Assembly: GCA_038087875.1 (NCBI GenBank)
Contig: CM075997.1
Coordinates: 6,016,001-6,080,000 of the forward strand
Direction of reading: 5' to 3'
Length of the DNA: 64,000 nucleotides
Source of the DNA: Malacoraja senta
Taxonomy: Eukaryota
Shown here: piece after piece, positions 53,720 to 64,000 of the stretch
Position numbering within the stretch: the stretch's first letter is position 1
Layout: each line of letters starts with the position of its first letter
Notes under the pieces: model-generated
Seen by the model: only the letters and a program-made list of their open reading frames with translations
The model's database searches: none
Told to the model about the DNA's origin: nothing
Translations under genes and position numbers: made by a program

Positions 53720-54254
53720 GTATGTGTTTGAGCCTCACTAATCAAAGTTAATTGCAACAGAGGTGGCGATGCACATAGATGGAAAGTTATGAACAATTGT
53801 AATATTGATTACATTGATTGAATAGGAATCGTATTTATTCATAGTCACAACTCTTGTTTGCAGTGTTAGTTTGATGATGAATTCATGAAAGCTTGAATAT
53901 ATTGTCATTAAGTAATTTAAAAATTGCAATGAAACCTGTCTCCTAGATTATTTGGTATCTCAGGTTTCGCTGTTACAGTATTATCAAGTTGTGATCATTA
54001 ATAGATATATTTATAGAATTTGTATCTGCTGCCAGTTTGTGTTTTACTGAATTTTTGCTCATAATAGAGCCACTGACCTAGAGTTAAATGTCATCATATT
54101 CGTCCCAGCAGTGCAATATTAATAGGAAATATAATTGGATTGTGCAAATATAATTGCAATGCTAATATTGAATGAAAAAGGCAGAACTCTGCCAGTAAAG
54201 TTTTATGTGACTCTTCAGAGCTTAGAAGTAGTGTTAATAAGTATTATTTAGAAA

Positions 54255-55420
54255 CACGAGGAACTGCAGATACTGGAATCTTGAATAAAATGCAAATTGC
54301 TGGAGTAATTCAGTGGGTCAGGCAGGATCTCTGGAGGACATGGATAGGTGATGTTTTGTATCTGGACCCTTCCTCAGCTTGATTGTAATAGAGTGGAAGA
54401 AAACTGGAAGAGAGGTGGGAACGGGATAAAGCCTGGGAAGTGATAGGTGGATACAGGTAATAGGGTGGAAGGGAATGGGTGGTTGGATTAATGGGCAAAA
54501 TGGGTCTGCACCGGGGTGGAGAGGTAGCAAACAAAGGGCTGGTATTACCTAAAATTGGATGATTGAATGTTCATACCGTAGAATTGTAAACTACCCAAGC
54601 AGACCATTATGTGCTGACCCCCCAGTTTGCATGTGGCCTCACTCTGACAATAGAGGAGGCCCAGGACAGAATGGTCTGTATGAGAATGGAAAGGGGAATT
54701 AAAATGGTAGCAACCGGGAGATCCAGTAGCCCTAGGTGGACTGGGCACAAGCGTTCAACAAAACATTTGTCTAGACTACGCTTGATCTTGCCGTTGCAAA
54801 GGGGGCCACATCAGTAGCATCAAATGCCGTAGAGGAGGTTAGGTGCATGCGAATCTCTGAATCACCAAGAACGACTGTGGGGAAAGCTGTGGGGAAGGAA
54901 GTGTAGAGATAAGTGTTAATCCCCTGCAACTGCAGGAGATGTATACCCAGGGAGGGAACAGTTTGGGTGGGAAGAGATCAATGAAGCAAAGACTGAGTAC
55001 TCTCAATGGGAAGGGTGGGGATGGGAAGATGTATTTTGTGGATCACGTTGAAGGTGGCCGAACTGTCAGGGAATAAGGGAAGGCGAACTCTATCCTTAAT
55101 CTGCCTGGGGAGAGAGGGAGCAAGAGCAGAACTGTGGGACACAGAGGAGACACAAGTGACGTCTCCATCTACAACAACGGGGACAACCACTTTTTATTAA
55201 AGACAAAGAGATCTTAGATGTCCTAGAATGGAAAAACTCATCTTGGGAGCAGATTCAGCAGAGGTGGAGAAATTGAGAGTAGGGGATGATGTCATGGTGG
55301 GAGGAAGTATAGTCCAGATAACTGGGAGTTAGTGGATTTATAGTAGACGTTAGTCAATAGTCTTTCCTCTGTGATGGAGATTGAGAAAGGGTTGAGAGCT
55401 GTCAGAGATAACTCAACTTT
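54255..55420 (-). mobile_element. Old PLE 3' remnant (further fragments at ~56280-56950)
   Basis: HFNSPFHSHTDHSVLGLL..LGSLQFYGMNI (GIY-YIG C-terminus) plus terminus. Confidence 0.75.
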
Positions 55421-57199
55421 GACACCTGAAGTGGTACACAGCCATGCACACACTATGGATGAGCTCTTGCTGTTCATGCAAACACTGCCTGACTGTGGCC
55501 AAATCTCGTCCGATTTTCATTTTATCATTCTGCAATAGTAGAGTAAGTGAAATTTAAACATAACTTTTTTCTAGCTATATGCCTAGAAGTTGAATTTCCC
55601 ATATTTTCAGTTCTAAACTGCCATTGCATTTAATTTTAAAAGCAGTATAGGTCACTTATACTTGATATTTGCAGAACAGTTTTGAAATGCAGACATTCAT
55701 ATTTTTTAATACTCAAAATCACTTTAATATCTATACTTTAGTAAAATAGCGCTGAAACAGGCCCCTCATCCCACCGAGTCCACAGCGACCAGCGATCCCC
55801 ACGCATTAACACTATCCTACACTAAGGGCAATTTTTATACTTATACCAAGTCAATTAACCTACCCACCTGTACATCTTTGGAGAGTGGGAGGAAACCAAA
55901 TCTGAAGCTATTTAGTGGAGCCAACATTGATTGAACTGATTGAGATAGAAAATGGAAATGAACTGTTTGGCCTACCAATTAACCGACAATGTAATTCTGT
56001 TGGTTATGTTTCTTATAAAACATAACTCTCATCAGTCTTCAAATGATCCATAGATTTTCTTGTGTTGAATTAAATGATTTGAAAGACATTTCAATTTTAG
56101 TAAAGTTCAAGCCCAAAATGAAGGAAGAGTGATGGCATTATGTATAGAAAATGGCTTTGGGACACCGCTTTCTTTCAACTCAGGAATAGCTATTTACAAT
56201 GCCTTCAGAGTTATAGTAAACTGATTTGTTTGGGCTGTAAGAAAGCACGGGGCAGTGTTCTCAAGCGTTGGTTTTAGAATCAGGCGGAATGAGCATGTCT
56301 TTGGTGAAATGGTCACCGAGTCTACGTTTGGCCTCGTCAATTTAAAGGAGGCCCTTTAAATAATCAGTAGATGAAGTGATGGAAGGTGCATTTGAATTTC
56401 TGTCCTACCTGGAAGAGCTGCTGCGGTCCCTAAATGGAAGTGAGGGAGGAGGTGTAGGGACTAGTGTTACATCTCTTATAGTTGCAGAGGAAAGTACCTC
56501 GGGGAGGGAGTGGTTGGGGTGGGAAGGGATGAGTGAAGCAAGGAGTTGCAGAAGGAGTGGTCTCTATAGAAAGTGGAAAGGGGTGAGATCTAGAACAGGA
56601 CATCTTGGCTGCCTTAGAGTGGAACGCCTCATCTTGAGTTGGAGGTGAAGAAATTGAGAGTAGGGGATGGCAATTTTCGAGATGAAGACGGAGGTGTGGT
56701 CAAGATAGAACCATGCGAAACAAGCGTGTGTCCAGCGAAACGATCATCTAGTCAATGCTTGGACTCACCGATGTAAAGCAGGCTAAATGGGAGGCTAAAC
56801 ATTCAGTAGATAAGCTGAGAGAAGATGCATCTGAATTTCTGTCTTACCTAGAAGGGCTGCTGGGGTCCCTGGATAGAGGTCATTTACCATGTGTTCAAAA
56901 CCACAGACGATATAGAGAGAAAAAAGAAAAATTATCCCAACGGTAGAGTTCAAACTGGAGATGATAGATTTCAAATTGGGGAGAAAATACACTATCCATG
57001 AACAGTGTCCTGTTTCCACTCCAATCACCACTTCACACCTACTTAAAGCAGGACTCCAGTCTCAAAAGACTGGACCCTTTCCCACCCACCCCTGTCCAAT
57101 CACCACTTAAACACACAATTACAGTCTGACTGCAAAAGATTGCAGCCACGTCCAATTCCCACCCCCTCTGTGCTGCACAGCATCACTTCTCCATCAACA

Positions 57200-60100
57200 A
57201 CAATATTTATACATAGTATTACAAAAATTTAATATGGGAGAATTTTATTGCATGGGTGAAATTATTATATGATAAACCGATGGCAAGAATATTAACTAAC
57301 AGCATGTTATCTCAAAAATTTCAATTATCAAGGGGTAATAGGCAGGGATGTGCTTTATCACCCCTGCTATTTGCCCTTATGATAGAACCTCTGGCTGAAA
57401 GTATAAGAAGCCATCCGAATATTCAGGGTTATAATACTAGGGACTCAAATAATAACATTTCATTGTATGCAGACGATATTTTGTTATATATAACAAATTC
57501 ACAAACGAGCATACCAAATTTATTAAATTTAATAGAGGAATTTGGGTCCTTTTCAGGATATAAAATAAACTGGAACAAAAGTGAAATTATGACGTTAAAA
57601 CCTCAAGAATCCACACACTTATTGAAATTCCCCTTTAAAATAGCAACAGAAAAATTCAAATATCTGGGTATACAGATTACTAGAAAACATAAAGCTTTAT
57701 TCAATGCTAATTTTATACCCTTAATAAATAAACTTAATATAATGATAAAATTTTGGAAAACACTCCCTTTATCATTAATAGGCAGAATAAATGCTATTAA
57801 AATGAGCTTCCTACCACAGTTATTATACCTATTTCAATCTATACCAGTATATGTACCAAAATATTTTTTTTCTAAACTGAACGCTAATATTACTAATTTT
57901 GTTTGGGATTACAAATCACATAGAATTAAAAAAGAACACTTATGTAAACCAAAAGATGTCGGGGGACTTTCACTCCCTAATTTTTTGTATTGCTATTGGG
58001 CAATACATATTAAGAATATAATTTACTGGTTGGATAGTTCAACTCAACAGACAGAATGGATAAAAATGGAGAAAGAGGATTGTTATCCTTGTAATATAGG
58101 AACAATCCTCTTCTCCCCGAAAAAAATGACCAATACAATATATAAGAAAAACCCAATTATACAAGATACAATAAGAATATGGAAACAAATAAAATTATCC
58201 TTAAAATTAAGAAACCTATCATTGTTAACACCGATAGCGAATAATCCTTTATTTAAACCATCTATGATGGATAAAATATATAATCAATGGGAAAGTTTAG
58301 GAATTAAAAGGATCGGGGATATGTATGAAATGGGAGATTTATTATCATTTCAACAATTACAATTAAAATTTAAACTGAAAAACACTCATTATTTTAAATA
58401 TTTTCAGATTTGTAATTTTTTGAAGACATACATACAGGGATATCAAAAAATAACTCCTGATTTACTAGAAGAAGTAATGAATATAAAAGCTGATACACAA
58501 AAATTAATATCATATTTATATAATAATATCTTAAATATAGATTTACCTGTGACCGAGGTAATTAGAGAAGAGTGGGAACGGGAATTATTGATAACAATTA
58601 CGAAGGCTACATGGGAAAAGTATTTGACATACATTCACAAGTGTTCGATTATGGTTGGGGGGAGGGACTCAAATAGAGAATGCTATTAGACAGTGTGTGA
58701 GGCAGGAGGCAGAGAAGGAAAGCACTCAGACCCAACATGTAGGGGGGAAAGAAGAAAACAATAATAAACAGAGAATAAGAGGTGGTGGGGTTCTTAAATG
58801 GGTGAGCAGAGAAACAGAGGGGTGTAAAATGCGGGCGGAAGCAATAGGTAGCAAGGTGAAAGGTAAAAGTGGCAGGCAGACAAATCCAGGGCAAAAATCA
58901 AAAAGAGCCACTTTTCAACATAATTGTATAAGGGGTAAGAGCGTTGTAAAAACAAGCCTGAAGGCTTTGTGTCTCAATGCAAGGAGCATTTGTAATAAGG
59001 TGGATGAGTTGAACGTGCAGATAGCAATTAATGATTATGATATAGTTGGGATCACGGAGACATGGCTCCAAGGTGACCAAGGCTGGGAGCTGAACATCCA
59101 GGGATATTCAATATTCAGGAGGGATAGAGAGAAAGGAAAAGGAGGTGGGGTAGCGTTGCTGGTTAGAGAGGAGATTAACGCAGTGGAAAGGAAGGACATT
59201 AGCTTGGAGGATGTGGAATCGGTATGGGTAGAGCTGCGAAACACTAAGGGGCAGAAAACGCTGGTGGGTGTTGTGTACAGGCCACCTAGCAGTAGTAGTG
59301 AAGTTGGGGATGGCATCAAACAGGAAATTAGAAATGCGTGCAACAAAGGCAAAACAGTTATAATGGGTGACTTCAATCTACATATAGATTGGGTGAATCA
59401 AATTGGCAGGGGTGCTGAGGAAGAGGATTTCTTGGAATGTATGAGGGATAGTTATCTAAACCAACATGTAGAGGAACCAACGAGAGAGCAGGCTATTCTA
59501 GACTGGGTATTGAGTAATGAGGAAGGGTTAGTTAGCAGACTTGTTGTGCGTGCCCCCTTGGGCAAGAGTGATCATAATATGGTTGAGTTCTTCATTAGGA
59601 TGGAGAGTGACATTGTTAATTCAGAAACAACGGTTCTGAACTTAAAGAAAGGTAACTTTGAGGGTATGAGACGTGAATTGGCCAAGATTGACTGGCAATT
59701 AGTTCTAAAAGGGTTGACGGTGGATATGCAATGGAAGGCATTTAAAGACTGCATGGATGAACTACAAAAATTGTTCATCCCAGTTTGGCAAAAGAATAAA
59801 TCAAGGAAGGTAGTGCATCCGTGGATAACAAGGGAAATCAGGGATAGTATCAAAGCAAAAGATGATGCGTACAAATTAGCCAGAAAAAGCAGCATACCAG
59901 AGGACTGGGAGAAATTCAGAGACCAGCAGAGGAGGACAAAGGGCTTAATTAGGAAAGGGAAAATAGATTATGAAAGGAAACTGGCAGGGAACATAAAAAC
60001 TGACTGCAAAAGTTTTTATAGATATGTGAAGAGAAAGAGATTAGTTAAATCAAATGTAGGTCCCTTGCAGTCAGAAACAGGTGAATTGATCATGGGGAAC

Positions 60101-62667
60101 AAGGATATGGCAGACCAATTGAATAACTACTTTGGTTCCGTCTTCACTAAGGAAGACATAAATAATCTGCCGGAAATAGCAGGGGGCCGCGGGTCAAAGG
60201 AGATGGAGGAACTGAGTGAAATCCAGGTTAGTCGGGAAGTGGTGTTGGGTAAATTGAATGGATTAAAGGCCGATAAATCACCAGGGCCAGATAGGCTGCA
60301 TCCCAGAGTACTTAAGGAAGTAGCTCCAGAAATAGTGGATGCATTAGTGATAATTTTTCAAAACTCTTTAGATTCTGGAGTAGTTCCTGAGGATTGGAGG
60401 GTAGCAAACGTAACCCCACTTTTTAAGAAGGGAGGGAGAGAGAAAACGGGGAATTACAGACCAGTTAGTCTAACATCGGTAGTGGGGAAACTGCTAGAGT
60501 CAGTTATTAAAGATGGGATAGCAGCACATTTGGAAAGTGGTGAAATCATTGGACAAAGTCAGCATGGATTTACGAAAGGTAAATCGTGTCTGACGAATCT
60601 TATAGAATTTTTCGAGGATGTAACTAGTAGAGTGGATAGGGGAGAACCAGTGGATGTGTTGTATCTGGACTTTCAGAAGGCTTTCGACAAGGTACCACAT
60701 AAGAGATTAGGATACAAACTTAAATCACACGGTATTGGGGGTTCAGTATTGATGTGGATAGAGAACTGGCTGGCAAACAGGAAGCAAAGAGTAGGAGTAA
60801 ACGGGTCCTTTTCACAATGGCAGGCAGTGACTAGTGGGGTACCGCAAGGCTCAGTGCTGGGACCCCAGCTATTTACAATTTATATTAATGATCTGGACGA
60901 GGGAATTGAAAGCAACATCTCCAAGTTTGCGGATGACACTAAGCTGGGGGGCAGTGTTAGCTGTGAGGAGGATGCTAGGAGACTGCAAGGTGACTTGGAT
61001 AGGCTGGGTGAGTGGGCAAATGTTTGGCAGATGCAGTATAATGTGGATAAATGTGAGGTTATCCACTTTGGTAGCAAAAACGGGAAGGCAGACTATTATC
61101 TAAATGGTGGCCGATTAGGAAATGGGGAGATGCAGCGAGACCTGGGTGTCATGGTACACCAGTCATTGAAAGTAGGCATGCAGGTGCAGCAGGCAGTGAA
61201 GAAAGCGAATGGTATGTTGGCCTTCATAGCAAGAGGATTTGAGTATAGGAGCAGGGAGGTTCTACTGCAGTTGTACAGGGTCTTGGTGAGACCACACCTG
61301 GAGTATTGCGTACAGTTTTGGTCTCCAAATCTGAGGAAGGACATTATAGCCATAGAGGGAGTGCAGAGAAGGTTCACCAGACTGATTCCTGGGATGTCAG
61401 GACTTTCATATGAGGAAAGACTGGATAGACTTGGCTTATACTCGCTAGAATTAAGGAGATTGAGAGGGGATCTTTTAGAAACGTACAAAATTCTTATGGG
61501 GTTGGACAGGCTAGATGCAGGAAGATTGTTCCCGATGTTGGGGAAGTCCAGGACAAGGGGTCACAGCTTAAGGATAAGGGGGAAATCCTTTAAGACCGAG
61601 ATGAGGAAAAACTTTTTCACACAGAGAGTGGTGAATCTCTGGAACTCTCTGCCACAGAGGGTAGTTGAGGCCAGTTCATTGGCTATATTTAAGAGGGAAT
61701 TAGATGTGGCCCTTGTGGCTAAAGGGATCAGGGGGTATGGAGAGAAGGCAGGTACGGGATACTGAGTTGGATGATCAGCCATGATCGTATTGAATGGCGG
61801 TGCAGGCTCGAGGGGCCGAATGGCCTACTCCTGCACCTATTTTCTATGTATCTATGTATTATGGCAAGACATAATCTAATCCAATTTAAAATTTTACATA
61901 GATTATATTACTCAAAAACAAGATTAAATAAATTTTATCCAAATATATCGCCCATTTGCGATAAATGTTTAACCCAAGAAGCAACTATAACACACTCTTT
62001 TGTTTCTTGTATAAAACTTCATGGATTTTGGAGTGATATTTTCAAAATATTTACAAAACTATTTAAAACAAAAATGGAACCCAATAATGAATTGATTATA
62101 TTTGGGGTAATGGAAGACGGGAACAAATTGAGCTCATCTCAAAAGTCAATTTTTAATTATGGTTTAATAATAGCAAAAAAATTAATATTGAAATTTTGGA
62201 AAAATACACCAATACCAACGCTCAAAATGTGGATTGCAAGTATGTTGGATACCGCACATCTTGAGGAAATGCGATTCCTCCTAATAGATAAATTTGACCA
62301 ATTCATAACGAGTTGGTCTCCATTTGTCGTCTTTTTGGAAACGTATGGTGCAAAACAGGTGTAAAAGCTAATCCGTGACTGCGGATGGTCAAGATTATAA
62401 ATGATCTCCTTCTATTTTCTTTTCTTCTCTTCTTTTCTTTTACTCTCTTTCTTCTATTTTCTATGTCTCAACTTTCTTTTTTCATTCTTTATTTTTCTTT
62501 TTCACACACTATATATCTCACATTTTTCTATTTTTCATTATCTAACTTTTTCCTTTTTCTTCTTTATTTCAAAAAAAATTTAAAAATAAGAAGCTGTACA
62601 TAAAAGGTATGAAAATATGATTGTATACAATTGTACTTACTTCTAATAAAAACATTTTAAAAAAAAA
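57200..62667 (+). mobile_element. 5'-truncated L1-clade LINE ORF2, split by a CR1 insertion
   Basis: RGNRQGCALSPLLF..SLYADD..GGLSLP (57256-58654) rejoins as HKCSIM|ARHNLIQFK; CDKC..H..C zinc knuckle; stop 62364; AATAAA at 62645 and A-tail. Confidence 0.92.
58655..61857 (+). mobile_element. Young CR1 LINE with intact ORF2 (APE+RT); ORF1 region truncated
   Basis: 1036-aa open frame 58655-61765: LNARS..GITETWL..MGDFN..SDH; YRPVSL, GVPQGSVLGP, KFADD; (TCTATGTA)n tail; 7-bp TSD ATTATGG (58648-58654, 61858-61864). Confidence 0.96.
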
Positions 62668-62689
62668 CAACAATATAAATAGAGGAGGT

Positions 62690-64000
62690 GGAGAGGCTGT
62701 TCAGAAGACAGAAAAGCCAGATATCTCCAGGACTGGACAATGTTTCCCCCTCTATCTCAAGCTCTGTGCCGAACAACTGGCACTGGTCTACACAGACATT
62801 TTCAACCAGTCCCTGCAAACCTGTACTGTCCCTGCCTGCTTCAAAGTCTCCACTGTTGTCCCTGTACCCAAAAAGGCAAGGATTACTGGTCTTAATGACT
62901 ACAGGCCTGTCGCACTGACCTCTGTAGTCATGAAGACCCTTGAAAGGCTTGTGCTGGCCAAGCTGAAAAATATCACAAACCCCCTGCTGGACACTCTGCA
63001 ATTTGCATATCGGGCCAATAGATCTGTGGATGACGCAGTCAACCTGGGCCTGCACTTCATCCTCCAGCACCTAGACTGCCAGGGGACCTATGCGAGGATT
63101 TTGTTTGTTGATTTTAGCTTTGCATTCAACACCATTGTCAAAGAGCTACTATGCTCTAAAATTTCCAAGTTGACTGTGCCTGAACCCCTCTGACGGTGGA
63201 TCACCAGCTTCCTGACAGACAGGAAGCAGCATGTGAGGCTGGGAAAGCATATCTCAAACCCGCAGACCCTCAGTAAAGGAGCACTGCAAGGCTGCATACT
63301 CTACTCTCTCTACACCAATGACTGCACCTCCACTGACTTCTCTGTCAAGCTTCTCAAGTTTGTGGACGACACAACCCTGATTGGACTGATCAAGGATAGG
63401 GAGGAATCTGCCTACAGACAGGAAGTGACACAGCTGGTGTCCTGGTGCCATCGCAACAACCTGGAGCTCAATGCTCTTAAGACAGTGGAATTGATTGTAG
63501 ACTTTAGGAGAGCTCCCCCTCCTCTCACCCCACTCACCATCAACAACACCACAGTCACATCTGTGGAGTCTTTTAAGTTCCTGGGAACCATCATCTCCAA
63601 GGACCTTAAATGGGGGGCCACCATCGACTCCACAGTCAAAAAGGCACAACAGAGGATGTACTTCCTGCGGCAGCTGAGGAAACACAATCTGCCACAGGCA
63701 ATGATGGTCCAATTCTATACGGCCACCGTAGAGTCAGTCCTCACCTTCTCCATCATGGTCTGGTTTGGCTCAGCCACCAAGCACGACATCCGGAGGCTGC
63801 AGCAAATCGTCCAATGAACTGAGAAGGTTATTGGCTGTAACCTTCCTGCCATTGACGAACTGTACATTGCAAGGGCCAGGAAGTGAGCAGGTAAGATCAT
63901 CTCTGACCCCCCTCACCCTGGCCACAAACTCTTTGAATCATTTCCTTCTGGAAGGTGACTCTGGACTGTCAAAGCTGCCACAGCCAGACATAAAAGCAGA
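62690..64000 (+). mobile_element. Rex1/Babar LINE RT with stops; runs off the window
   Basis: [52 protein letters not shown]. Confidence 0.9.

Noticed and set aside
62385..62603. Hydrophobic Phe/Leu-rich membrane-peptide ORFs (also 43127-43365)
   Set aside because: Translation of T-rich low-complexity DNA (L1 3'UTR and intron).

Overview
Vertebrate genomic DNA, most likely a cartilaginous fish such as a skate or ray (inferred from HE1/V-SINE-type SINEs and dense CR1 and Penelope repeats). The window lies inside a ryanodine receptor gene on the + strand. Twelve consecutive GT-AG coding exons (10028-53719) splice in frame and match RYR1 exons ~48-59, including the RKISQ PKA site. The introns are mostly nested transposons: Penelope-like elements with hammerhead-core termini, CR1 LINEs (one young copy with an intact 1036-aa ORF2 inserted into an L1), RTE, Rex1/Babar, two Tc1 elements (one Passport-like), Harbinger-type MITEs, a Helitron and SINEs. 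Less obvious findings: (1) a decayed antisense endogenous retrovirus with a 5' LTR, a tRNA-Ser PBS and an ERV-L/S-like gag, followed by a second, different gag remnant; (2) a MITE family carrying a palindromic pair of hammerhead-bearing Penelope termini; (3) a templated insertion just downstream of an RYR1 exon; (4) young inverted repeats bracketing exon blocks. Family assignments come from motif recall, not database searches. Boundaries of degraded repeats are approximate.
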